In this document: positions 9,397 to 18,336 of the stretch, piece after piece
Layout of the letters: every line of letters begins with the position of its first letter
Position numbering within the stretch: the stretch's first letter is position 1
Source of the DNA: a bacterium
Lineage (GTDB): Bacteria; UBA8248
Length of the DNA stretch: 64,000 nt
Assembly: GCA_965202625.1 (NCBI GenBank)
Contig: CBDBBI010000010.1
Coordinates: 2,368,001-2,432,000 of the forward strand
Reading direction: 5' to 3'
Made by a program: the position numbers and the translations under genes
Notes under the pieces: generated by a model
Seen by the model: only the letters and a program-made list of their open reading frames with translations
What the model was told of the DNA's origin: nothing
Databases searched by the model: none

Positions 9397-10413
9397 ATGA
9401 AAAAAGTTGTTTTTGGGATCGTCGCGGCGGCGATGGCTTTCTCGGTCGGGGTCGCAAGCGCCGGAAAACTGGACGACGTAAGGAAGCGCGGGCATTTGAA
9501 GTGCGGCATCAACACGGGCTTGGTCGGCTTTGCCGCGCCCAACGACAAGGGCGAATGGGCGGGTTTCGACATTGAGGTTTGCCGCGCGGTCGCCGCCGCG
9601 GTATTCGGGGACGCGAACGCCGTGAAGTTCACGCCCCTCACCGGCAAGACCCGTTTTCCCGCATTGGCTTCCGGCGAAATCGACATGCTCTCTCGCAACA
9701 CGACGTGGACTTTCTCCCGCGACGTGAACCTCAAGTTCGAGTTTGTCGGCGTGAATTACTACGATGGTCAAGGCTTCCTGGTTCGCAAGTCTTTGGGCGT
9801 GAAGTCGGCGAAAGAGCTGAACGGCGCTTCGGTCTGCGTTCAGACGGGCACGACGACCGAACTGAACCTGGCGGACTTCTTCCGCGCGAACGGCATGAAA
9901 TATGAGCCGATAACGATTGAGACGAACGCCGAGGCGCGCGCCGGCTATGAGGCGGGGCGCTGCGACGCCTACACGTCGGACGCCTCCGGTCTGGCCGCAA
10001 CCCGCGCCGTCCTCAATGATCCGAAGGCGCACGTCATTCTGCCCGAGATCATCTCGAAAGAGCCGCTGGGGCCCTTGGTCCGTCATGGCGACCACCAATG
10101 GGGCGACGTCGTGCGCTGGTCTCTGAACGTTCTCGTTATCGCGGAGGAGAAGGGCATCACCTCGGCGAACGTCGACGCGATGATGGCCAACTCGAAGGAT
10201 CCGGAAGTCCGCCGTATGCTGGGCTCCGAGGGCGAATACGGGACGATGCTCGGGCTCTCGAAAGACTGGGCGCTGAAGGTCATCAAGGCCGTCGGCAACT
10301 ATGGCGAGATATTCGATCGCCATATCGGCCCCAAAACCAATATCGCGCTGGAGCGGGGCTTGAACCAGCTGTGGAGCAAGGGCGGCATCCTGTACGTTCC
10401 GCCGTTCCGATAA
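9397..10413 (+). CDS. aapJ: General L-amino acid ABC transporter substrate-binding protein
   Basis: Signal peptide; CRAVAAAVFGD, LSRNTTWT, ISKEPLGP, GNYGEIFDR, GGILYVPPFR. Confidence 0.93.
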   Translation: MKKVVFGIVAAAMAFSVGVASAGKLDDVRKRGHLKCGINTGLVGFAAPNDKGEWAGFDIEVCRAVAAAVFGDANAVKFTPLTGKTRFPALASGEIDMLSRNTTWTFSRDVNLKFEFVGVNYYDGQGFLVRKSLGVKSAKELNGASVCVQTGTTTELNLADFFRANGMKYEPITIETNAEARAGYEAGRCDAYTSDASGLAATRAVLNDPKAHVILPEIISKEPLGPLVRHGDHQWGDVVRWSLNVLVIAEEKGITSANVDAMMANSKDPEVRRMLGSEGEYGTMLGLSKDWALKVIKAVGNYGEIFDRHIGPKTNIALERGLNQLWSKGGILYVPPFR

Positions 10414-10470
10414 TCCTTTTGAAGGAGGGCCAGGGCGCCGGTCTTTCGGCCGCGGGTCCAGGGACTGAAA

Positions 10471-10505
10471 GGGCGGGACGCGAAGCGCGGCGTCCCGCCC
10501 TTTTT
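10471..10505 (+). terminator. Intrinsic terminator-like hairpin between aapJ and aapQ
   Basis: GGGCGGGACG...CGTCCCGCCC followed by TTTTT. Confidence 0.7.
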
Positions 10506-10564
10506 AGGAGGTTCTCAGCTTCGGCGGCGAGAGATGGTGTTTTCTTCGGCGGAAGGCGGGCGCG

Positions 10565-11746
10565 ATGGCGAATGAGCCGATAGCCGTAGAGGGCGGGGGT
10601 TCTATCTGGACCAACGTGCGGTTCCGCTCGCTCCTCATACAGACGCTCGTCCTCGTTTTCGTGATGCTCTCCCTTTTCGCGCTGACCTACAACGCGGCGC
10701 GGAACATGAGCAATCTCGGCAAGGATCTCAGTTTCGGGTTTCTGTCCCAGCCGGCGGGCTTCGACATTCCGCTGACCCTCATCCCCTACTCGCCGACTTC
10801 CCCGATCATTGACGTCTACGTCATCGGACTTCTGAACACGCTGCTGATATCGAGTCTGGGTTGCGTCCTGGCGACGATGCTCGGCCTCTTTCTCGGGCTC
10901 ATGCGGCTCTCGCGCAACTGGCTGCTGAGTCGAATCGTTTATTGCTACGTTGAGTTCACCCGCAACATTCCGCTTCTCCTCCAGATCATCTTCTGGTACG
11001 TAACGCTTCTGGGTCTGCCGCGCTGGAGCCGGACGGATACGCCCTGGTTCGGCCTCTACCTGAACAATCGCGGCGTCTTCGGCCCGCGCCCGGATTTTCA
11101 GCCCGCCTTCTGGTGGGTGGCGACGGCGTTTTTGGCGGCCGTCGCGGCGACGATCGTCCTTCGCAAATGGGCGCGCTCTCGGCAAGACGCGACCGGGCGG
11201 ACTTTTCCGGTCTTCTGGTCGTCCCTCGGGCTCTTGCTGAGCCTGCCGACGGCGGCCTATTTCCTCGCCGGCCAGCCGATTGAATGGATCCACCCCCGCG
11301 CCACGCGCTTCAATCTGCGGGACGGCATGGTGATACGCCCTGAATTCGTCGCGCTCCTCTTGTCCCTGACGCTCTATACCAGCGCCTTCATCTCCGAGAT
11401 CGTTCGCGCCGGCGTCCTGGCGGTGCACAAGGGGCAGACGGAGGCGGCCTCCGCGCTGGGCCTCAAGCGCAACTGGAACATGCGGCTCATCATCATTCCG
11501 CAGGCGATGCGGGTGATCATCCCTCCGCTGACGAGCCAGTATCTGAACCTCACCAAGAACTCCTCGCTGGCCTACGCCATCGGCTTCTCCGAGCTGGTCG
11601 CCGTTTACGCCGGCATCACGCTGAACCAGACCGGCAAGGAAATCGAGATCATGGCGATGACTATGGCGACCTACCTCACCATCAGCCTGCTCATCTCGAC
11701 CTTCATGAACTGGTATAACAAGCGCGTCAAACTGGTGGAGCGTTGA
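10565..11746 (+). CDS. aapQ: General L-amino acid ABC transporter permease
   Basis: FGFLSQPAGFDI, GLLNTL, LSRNWL, RNIPLLLQ, SQYLNLTKNSSLA. Confidence 0.9.
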   Translation: MANEPIAVEGGGSIWTNVRFRSLLIQTLVLVFVMLSLFALTYNAARNMSNLGKDLSFGFLSQPAGFDIPLTLIPYSPTSPIIDVYVIGLLNTLLISSLGCVLATMLGLFLGLMRLSRNWLLSRIVYCYVEFTRNIPLLLQIIFWYVTLLGLPRWSRTDTPWFGLYLNNRGVFGPRPDFQPAFWWVATAFLAAVAATIVLRKWARSRQDATGRTFPVFWSSLGLLLSLPTAAYFLAGQPIEWIHPRATRFNLRDGMVIRPEFVALLLSLTLYTSAFISEIVRAGVLAVHKGQTEAASALGLKRNWNMRLIIIPQAMRVIIPPLTSQYLNLTKNSSLAYAIGFSELVAVYAGITLNQTGKEIEIMAMTMATYLTISLLISTFMNWYNKRVKLVER

Positions 11747-11750
11747 TTCG

Positions 11751-12878
11751 ATGAGCGAGAGCCCCCCGAGAGCGCTGCAGGACGCGCTCGTCTGGAATCC
11801 GTTGCCGAACCGACCGCCGCCGCCTTCGATGGTCGGCGTGCTGGGCTGGATGCGGGAGAACCTGTTTTCGAGCTTCTTCAACGGTTTTTTGACTTTCGCC
11901 TCGCTCACGTTCTTGTTCCTCACCGTTCCGCCGCTTCTGAACTGGATGGTTTTTGACGCCGCTTTCGGCCCCGCGCGAGAGGCGTGCGCGGACGCCGCCG
12001 GCGCCTGCTGGGCGGTCGTCAACGTGCGCTGGAATCAGTTGATCTACGGCTTTTATCCCGAATCGGAGCATTGGCGTCCCAACCTGGCCTTCGGCCTTTT
12101 GCTGCTCGCCCTTTTCTACGGCCTTTACGACAAGGCGCCGGGCCGGAAATACGGACTGGCGTTTTGCGCCGCTTTTCCATTCATTGCCTATTGGCTTCTC
12201 TACGGGGGGTTCGCCGGCTTGTCCTTCGTCTCGTCTTCGAAATGGGGCGGCCTGCTGCTCACCATCGCGATGGGCGTCACCGGCATCGTGGTTTCGATTC
12301 CCGTCGGAGTCCTTCTGGCGCTCGGGCGGCGTTCCCGGATGCCGGCGATCAGCAAACTGAGCGTCGTCTTCATCGAATACATTCGGGGGGTGCCGCTGAT
12401 CACCATTCTGTTTTTCTCCAACATCGCGCTGCCCCTGTTTCTGCCCGAGGGCGTGAGCATCGACGCCTATCTGCGCGCGGTGGTGGGCATTTGTCTCTTC
12501 GCCTCGGGCTATATGGCGGAGGTCATTCGCGGCGGGCTGCAGGCGATACCCAAGGGGCAGTTCGAGGCGGCCGACGCGCTGGGCATGGGATACGCGAGGA
12601 CGACGGCGCTCATCGTCTTGCCGCAGGCCCTCAAAATATCCATCCCCGGCATCGTGAACACCTCCATCGCCCTTTACAAGGAGACCACGCTGGTCGCGCT
12701 CGTCGGGCTGTTCGACCTGCTGGGCATTTCGAGGGCGATCGTCGCGGACCAGGAATGGATGGGCCTCGACGTTGACCTCTACGTGTTCATTGCCATCGTG
12801 TTCTTCATATTTTGCTTCTCTATGTCGCGCTACAGCCTGTGGCTGGAGAAGAAACTCTCGCGCGGAGACGAGCGGTGA
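11751..12878 (+). CDS. aapM: General L-amino acid ABC transporter permease
   Basis: [43 protein letters not shown]. Confidence 0.9.
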   Translation: MSESPPRALQDALVWNPLPNRPPPPSMVGVLGWMRENLFSSFFNGFLTFASLTFLFLTVPPLLNWMVFDAAFGPAREACADAAGACWAVVNVRWNQLIYGFYPESEHWRPNLAFGLLLLALFYGLYDKAPGRKYGLAFCAAFPFIAYWLLYGGFAGLSFVSSSKWGGLLLTIAMGVTGIVVSIPVGVLLALGRRSRMPAISKLSVVFIEYIRGVPLITILFFSNIALPLFLPEGVSIDAYLRAVVGICLFASGYMAEVIRGGLQAIPKGQFEAADALGMGYARTTALIVLPQALKISIPGIVNTSIALYKETTLVALVGLFDLLGISRAIVADQEWMGLDVDLYVFIAIVFFIFCFSMSRYSLWLEKKLSRGDER

Positions 12879-12904
12879 CCCAGGGAACGCAGGGAGACGA
12901 CGCG

Positions 12905-13660
12905 ATGGAGACGGAAAATCTGGCGGTCGAGATGCGCGGCGTCAACAAATGGTTCGGCGCCTTCCACGTTCTGAAGGACATCAACCTGCGGGTGACGCGC
13001 GGCGAGCGCATCGTCATATGCGGTCCTTCCGGTTCCGGCAAGTCCACTCTGGTTCGATGCGTCAACAGGCTGGAGGAGCATCAGGAGGGCGACATCATCG
13101 TCAACGGGGTCAGGCTCTCGAACAACCTCGGGAACATCGACGCCATCCGCTCCGAGGTCGGCATGGTGTTTCAGAGCTTCAATTTGTTTCCGCACCTCAC
13201 GGTTCTCGAGAACTGCACGCTGGCGCCGATCTGGGTGCGCAAGACGCCGAAGAGAGACGCCCAAGAGGCGGCGATGGCGTATCTGGATCGCGTGAAAATT
13301 CCGGAGCAGGCGGGCAAATACCCGGGACAGCTCTCAGGCGGGCAGCAGCAGCGCGTCGCCATCGCGCGCGCCCTGTGCATGGGCCCGCGCATCATGCTGT
13401 TCGACGAGCCGACTTCCGCGCTGGACCCCGAGATGATCAAGGAAGTGCTGGAGGTGATGGTCGGCCTGGCCGAGTCGGGCATGACCATGCTTTGCGTCAC
13501 CCACGAGATGGGCTTCGCGCGCGAGGTCGCCAACCGGGTGCTCTTCATGGACGAGGGCGAGATCGTGGAGGAAAACGAGCCGGAGGAGTTCTTCTTCCGT
13601 CCGCGGCACGACCGCACCAGGGCGTTCCTGAACCAGATCCTCACGTGGACAAAGGTCTGA
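12905..13660 (+). CDS. aapP: General L-amino acid ABC transporter ATP-binding protein
   Basis: [41 protein letters not shown]; start ATG 12905 or GTG 12875. Confidence 0.93.
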   Translation: METENLAVEMRGVNKWFGAFHVLKDINLRVTRGERIVICGPSGSGKSTLVRCVNRLEEHQEGDIIVNGVRLSNNLGNIDAIRSEVGMVFQSFNLFPHLTVLENCTLAPIWVRKTPKRDAQEAAMAYLDRVKIPEQAGKYPGQLSGGQQQRVAIARALCMGPRIMLFDEPTSALDPEMIKEVLEVMVGLAESGMTMLCVTHEMGFAREVANRVLFMDEGEIVEENEPEEFFFRPRHDRTRAFLNQILTWTKV

Positions 13661-13879
13661 GCCGCCGAAATAGGAGCCTCCCCGCCCGCGCGGAGGAAGC
13701 CCGGCGCCTCGGAAAACGCCTTGCCTTCGCCGGCGCATGAATAATAATTTGATGAAGCCGGAAATCGTTCGCGTCATCGACGGGGATTTGCGGAATGCGC
13801 GCCAGACGCCCCGCGTTCCGCCGAAGCGTCCGAGACCTTTCTGAATAATACCGACTTGGGGCGGGACGCTGGGGAAAGA

Positions 13880-14010
13880 CGGGCTGAATAACATAACCCC
13901 CCGGCGACGATGCGCGCGAGGGGTGGTCGTTTCCCCGATCGGGGAATTGCCTGCGAAGCTTGTTCACTTCTTGTGGTGAAAAGCAACCAGGCATCGATCA
14001 GCTAAAACTG
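13880..14010 (-). ncRNA. Putative tracrRNA, divergent from cas9; anti-repeat at 13973-14008
   Basis: 13973-14008 (GTGGTGAAAAGCAACCAGGCATCGATCAGCTAAAAC) matches the reverse-complemented repeat at 29/36 with a 17-nt perfect core; perfect hairpin TTCCCCGATCGGGGAA at 13931-13946 lies downstream on the minus strand; ends approximate, strand inferred. Confidence 0.75.
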
Positions 14011-14061
14011 CTATATTTCTACGCCATCTTGTTCATCTTGTCAAGGAAGGAGACATTTAAC

Positions 14062-17000
14062 ATGCGTCGTCTCACGCTCGGGCTCGACCTTGGGCCCAAC
14101 TCTATCGGCTGGGCGCTCGTCGGGGAAGACGAGGCGGGGAACCCCCAAAGTCTTGAGGCCATCGGCGTCCGGGTGTTTCAGGAAATGGTGGACAGAAAGA
14201 ACAGCACGCCCAAGAATCACAAGAGGCGCGCCGCTCGGGGGGCGCGCCGCCTGCGCTCCAGGCGAAAGATGCGGCGCGACACCCTCCAGGGGGAGCTCAT
14301 CCGGTGCGGCCTTCTGCCCAAGGAGGAGGCGGAGCGTCGCAATCTGTTTGGATTCAGGCAGAAGCATTGCGACCAGAACGACCCCTACGAGATCAGCCAG
14401 AACGACCCCTACGAGATCAGAAAACGGGGGCTTGACCATACGTTGACCCCGCATGAGTTGGGCCGGGCCATCTTCCACCTGAACCAGAGGCGGGGATTTC
14501 TCAGCAACCGAAAGGTGCGCGATACCAAGGAGAAGAAAAAAGAGGATGGCGTCGTCATCAAGGCCATTGGAGAGCTGAGGGGGGAAATCGAGAAATCCGG
14601 CAGCCGCACGCTGGGCGATTTTCTGGCTTCCAGACCCAAGAAAAGAAGCCTTCGGACAGAGCGCAAAATGTATGAGGAGGAGTTTGACGCTCTGTGGACG
14701 AAGCAGGCGGAATTTCAACCCGATTTGCTGAGCGACGCGCGATGCGCCCGCGTTCGAAAAATTCTGTTCTTCCAGCGCCCCTTAAGACTCCAGAAGAATC
14801 TCGTCGGAAAGTGTACCTTCGAGCTGCACAGAAAGAGATGCCCCTGGGCCCGGCCGGAAGCGCAGTGGTTCAGGGCGCTTCAGGACGTCAACCATCTAGA
14901 GGTCCGGGACCCGAAGACGGGCGTGCACCGTCCGCTTCGTCCGGATGAAAGAGAGGAAGTCAAAAAACAGCTTAGGGAGAAGAAGACGCTCACGTGGAAC
15001 GGCGTCCGCAAGGCGCTGGGCTTTCACTCCAAAGAGTTCTTCAACCTGGAGGAGGGAGGGAAGAAGCACCTGATAGGCGCGCGCACCTGCATCGACGTCC
15101 AGAAAATCCTCACGAAAAAGAAGTGGGACGCCATGTCCAAGAGAGAACAAGACGCTTTTTGGGAGGATATGTTCTCCATCCACAAGGAGGAGACCCTTCT
15201 GAACCGCCTGGAGAACCACTGGAATCTCTCTCGCGAGCAGGCGAACGCGCTGCTCAACACGGAGTTTCAGCCGGGCTACTCCTCCCTCTCGCTTCGGGCG
15301 ATCCGGCGCATCACGCCGTTTCTGGAGAGAGGGCGCAACTACCACGACGCCTGTCAGGATGCCGGCTATCTGCGCGATGATCAAAAACAAATCGACGCGA
15401 AAGACGCGCTCAAGCCCGCTCCCGATCTCCGCAACCCCATCGTTCAGAAAGCCGTCAACGAGGTGCGCAAGGTGGTGAACGCCATCATCCGCCGACACGG
15501 GAAGCCGGACAGCATCCGCGTGGAACTCGCGCGGAACCTCAAACTCAGCAAGAAGCAAAAGGACGTCCTGAATCGCCAGAACAAGAGAAACCGAGATCTG
15601 AACGAAGAGGCGCGCAAGTTGATGAAGTACCTGGGGCAATCCGACAACGGGGGAAACAGGCTCAGGTATCGGCTGTGGAAAGAGCAGAATAAGGTATGCC
15701 CCTATACCGGAAAGAGCATCGGCGCGCATGATATTTTTTCCCCCGACTTCGAGGTGGATCACGTCCTGCCCTACAGCAGGACGCTGGATGATTCCTACAT
15801 GAACAAGACGCTCTCTCTGGCCTCCGCCAACAGGCGGAAGGGAGACAGGACGCCTCATGAATGGAGGAGCGGCGACCCGGAGGAGTTCGACAAGATGCGC
15901 CAGCGCGTATTCTCTATGAAAGAGATGCCCTATTCGAAGAAAAAACGCTTCGAGCAGAAGGAGATCGAGCTGGATAAGTTCATCGAACGCCAGCTCAACG
16001 ACACCCGCTACATCAGCCGGGAGGCGAGTGCATATCTGAAGCAACTGGGGAGTGGGGTTCAGGTGACGACGGGACAGGCCACCGCCGCCCTGCGCCGCTC
16101 CTGGAGGCTGAACGCGATTCTCGCCGTCGATTCCGACATGGAGAAAAACCGCGCCGACCATCGCCACCACGCCATAGACGCGCTGGTGGTCGCCCTCACG
16201 AACCGAGCGCTCTTTAACGGCATCGCGCGCCTCTCCGACGAGCATCGCGCGGTTCTCGGCAAGCGGCGTTTTTCGCTGCGGAAGCCCTGGCCTGGGTTCG
16301 ACGATGAGGTGCGCGAAAAGGTGCGCGATATCGTCGTCTCCCACCAGCCGCTTCGCAAGATCAGCGGCGCCTTGCATGAAGAGACCGCGTATGGGCGCAT
16401 CTCGCGCGAGGGAGAAGATCTCTTCGTCCGCAGGGTAGGACTTGAGTCGCTCACGGCGAAGCAGGTGGATAAAATCGTGGACCACCGCATCCAGTCGCTT
16501 GTTCGCGAACGCATGGACGCCCACGGCGAAAAGGCCAAGGCCGCCTTCGCCCAGCCTCTCTACCTTCCGCATTCCCGCAAGGGAACGGGGAGAACGCGGA
16601 TACGAACGGTCCGCGTCGCCGAGAATTTCAGCCTGGACGGCCTTTTCGGCGTCCGCCGGAAGGGGGAGGAGGAACCCTTCAAGTATCATCCGTTTGGGAA
16701 CAACCACCATGTCGAAATCATCGAGAACGTCAAGACGGGCAGGCGAAAGGACATCATCGTCACGGCGATGGAAGCCGCCCGCCGCGCCCGCCGCGCGGAG
16801 ACGCCCATCGTCCGGCGCGATCATGGGGATGGGTGGCGGTTCGTCATGTCGCTTTCGATCAACGATATCGTCAAGATCGATGAACCTGTGAACGGCTGCG
16901 ACCTGTATCGCGTTCAGAGCATCTCCCCCAGAGATATTCATCTGCGGGCGCATACGGCCGCCACGATAGACGACAAGACAACACTCGTAAGAATAAGATC

Positions 17001-17073
17001 ACTCAACAAGTCCAAGGGGCTAAAAAAGATGTCCATCGATCCCCTGGGAAACCTGGAGACCGCCCATGATTAA
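14062..17073 (+). CDS. cas9: Type II-C CRISPR endonuclease Cas9 (~1003 aa)
   Basis: RuvC-I LGLDLGPNSIGWA, Arg-rich bridge helix, RuvC-II IRVELAR, HNH EVDHVLPYSRTLDDSYMNKTL, RuvC-III HHAIDA; AAGGAGGAG ribosome site before ATG 14062. Confidence 0.97.
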   Translation: MRRLTLGLDLGPNSIGWALVGEDEAGNPQSLEAIGVRVFQEMVDRKNSTPKNHKRRAARGARRLRSRRKMRRDTLQGELIRCGLLPKEEAERRNLFGFRQKHCDQNDPYEISQNDPYEIRKRGLDHTLTPHELGRAIFHLNQRRGFLSNRKVRDTKEKKKEDGVVIKAIGELRGEIEKSGSRTLGDFLASRPKKRSLRTERKMYEEEFDALWTKQAEFQPDLLSDARCARVRKILFFQRPLRLQKNLVGKCTFELHRKRCPWARPEAQWFRALQDVNHLEVRDPKTGVHRPLRPDEREEVKKQLREKKTLTWNGVRKALGFHSKEFFNLEEGGKKHLIGARTCIDVQKILTKKKWDAMSKREQDAFWEDMFSIHKEETLLNRLENHWNLSREQANALLNTEFQPGYSSLSLRAIRRITPFLERGRNYHDACQDAGYLRDDQKQIDAKDALKPAPDLRNPIVQKAVNEVRKVVNAIIRRHGKPDSIRVELARNLKLSKKQKDVLNRQNKRNRDLNEEARKLMKYLGQSDNGGNRLRYRLWKEQNKVCPYTGKSIGAHDIFSPDFEVDHVLPYSRTLDDSYMNKTLSLASANRRKGDRTPHEWRSGDPEEFDKMRQRVFSMKEMPYSKKKRFEQKEIELDKFIERQLNDTRYISREASAYLKQLGSGVQVTTGQATAALRRSWRLNAILAVDSDMEKNRADHRHHAIDALVVALTNRALFNGIARLSDEHRAVLGKRRFSLRKPWPGFDDEVREKVRDIVVSHQPLRKISGALHEETAYGRISREGEDLFVRRVGLESLTAKQVDKIVDHRIQSLVRERMDAHGEKAKAAFAQPLYLPHSRKGTGRTRIRTVRVAENFSLDGLFGVRRKGEEEPFKYHPFGNNHHVEIIENVKTGRRKDIIVTAMEAARRARRAETPIVRRDHGDGWRFVMSLSINDIVKIDEPVNGCDLYRVQSISPRDIHLRAHTAATIDDKTTLVRIRSLNKSKGLKKMSIDPLGNLETAHD
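14373..14420 (+). repeat. Perfect 24-nt tandem duplication inside cas9
   Basis: CCAGAACGACCCCTACGAGATCAG x2 (QNDPYEIS/QNDPYEIR). Confidence 0.9.
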
Positions 17074-17959
17074 GCGTATCGTCGAAATCGGAAGCCCCGC
17101 CCGGCTTTCGCTCAGCCGAAAGCAGCTGAAAGTGGAGCGGGAGGAATGCGCGGCTGAATCTCTCCCTGTGGAAGATTTGGGCGTTTTGATTCTGGACCAT
17201 CCGGCCATCCGCCCCTCGCAGGGCCTGCTGTCGGAGTGTCTGAAGAACAACGTCGTCGTCGTGATGTGCGACGAGAAGCACCTGCCCGCCTCCGTCCTGC
17301 TCCCTTTGGACGGACACACCCTCCACAGCCGAATCGTGAAGGAGCAGGCCGCCGCCACTCCCGGGCGGCTGAGCCGCTTGTGGTGTGCTATCGTGTGCGC
17401 GAAAATTCTGGCCCAGGCCGACGCTCTAGACGCCTTTAAGGAATACGGCGGCCCCCTGCGGGCCATCGCCGGACGCGCCGGGCGGGAGAACCCGGCACAC
17501 GCGGAGGCCCGCGCCGCGCGCATGTATTGGCCGAGAATGTTCGGCGCGGATTTCAGGCGAAACCACGCCCTCCCCGGCGTCAACAGCCTTCTGAATTACG
17601 GCTATTCCCTCATTCGCGCCGCGACGGCGCGGGCTATCGTCTCCGCTGGCCTTCACCCCGCCTTCGGCCTCCACCATCACAATCAATACGACGGCTTTTG
17701 CTTGGCGGATGACCTGATGGAGCCGCTTCGCCCGATGGTGGACCGCAAGGTGCGCCTCATGCGGGACGCACCCGAGGTCTGGGGGGAGGATCTGGACCTG
17801 GAGAAAGAGGAGAAGCGCGAGATTCTCGGTGTTCTGGCCGGGGAGGCGCGGCTCGGCGGAAAGACCTATCCCCTGATCACCGCTCTGCAATACTACGCCG
17901 CCGGCGTGCGCCGCGTCCTTTGTGGAGAGGAGAAGGGAGCGGAAATTCCCCGCCCGTGA
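17066..17959 (+). CDS. cas1: Type II CRISPR-associated Cas1
   Basis: EARAARMYW, NSLLNYGYSLIR, GLHH, LADDLMEPLRP; overlaps cas9 stop. Confidence 0.97.
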   Translation: MIKRIVEIGSPARLSLSRKQLKVEREECAAESLPVEDLGVLILDHPAIRPSQGLLSECLKNNVVVVMCDEKHLPASVLLPLDGHTLHSRIVKEQAAATPGRLSRLWCAIVCAKILAQADALDAFKEYGGPLRAIAGRAGRENPAHAEARAARMYWPRMFGADFRRNHALPGVNSLLNYGYSLIRAATARAIVSAGLHPAFGLHHHNQYDGFCLADDLMEPLRPMVDRKVRLMRDAPEVWGEDLDLEKEEKREILGVLAGEARLGGKTYPLITALQYYAAGVRRVLCGEEKGAEIPRP

Positions 17960-18285
17960 CTTTTGGTGGATGGCGGAGCATGTGGCTGATGGTGATGTTC
18001 GACCTGCCGACCGACACGAAAGTCGCCCGCAAGGCGTATCAGGAGTTTCGCGGCGCGCTGCTCGATAACGGCTTCGCCATGCTCCAGTATTCCGTCTATG
18101 CCCGCCACTGCCCCAGCGTGGAGAACGCCGAGGTGCACGAGAAGCGGGTGAACGCCGCCTTGCCCCCCGACGGGGAGGTGCGGCTTCTTCTTTTCACCGA
18201 CAAGCAGTTCTCTCGAATGAAGATTTTTCACGGGAAGATTCGAGGGGCGACAGAAAAGGCTCCCGAGCAGATCACCCTTTTCTGA
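17956..18285 (+). CDS. cas2: CRISPR-associated Cas2
   Basis: MWLMVMFDLP, GFAMLQYSVYAR, TDKQF, QITLF; GTG overlaps cas1 stop. Confidence 0.96.
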   Translation: MTFGGWRSMWLMVMFDLPTDTKVARKAYQEFRGALLDNGFAMLQYSVYARHCPSVENAEVHEKRVNAALPPDGEVRLLLFTDKQFSRMKIFHGKIRGATEKAPEQITLF

Positions 18286-18336
18286 TCTGCCGCCGGGAGC
18301 TTTTTCCGAATCGATTCAATCACTTGGAAAGAATCA

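Noticed and set aside
13960-14061. 34-aa N-terminal extension of Cas9
   Set aside because: Overlaps the anti-repeat; strong ribosome site precedes ATG 14062
14896-16953. Long antisense ORFs (e.g. 685 aa opposite cas9, 579 aa opposite aapQ, 530 aa opposite the M24 gene)
   Set aside because: Typical shadow frames of high-GC genes; no motifs
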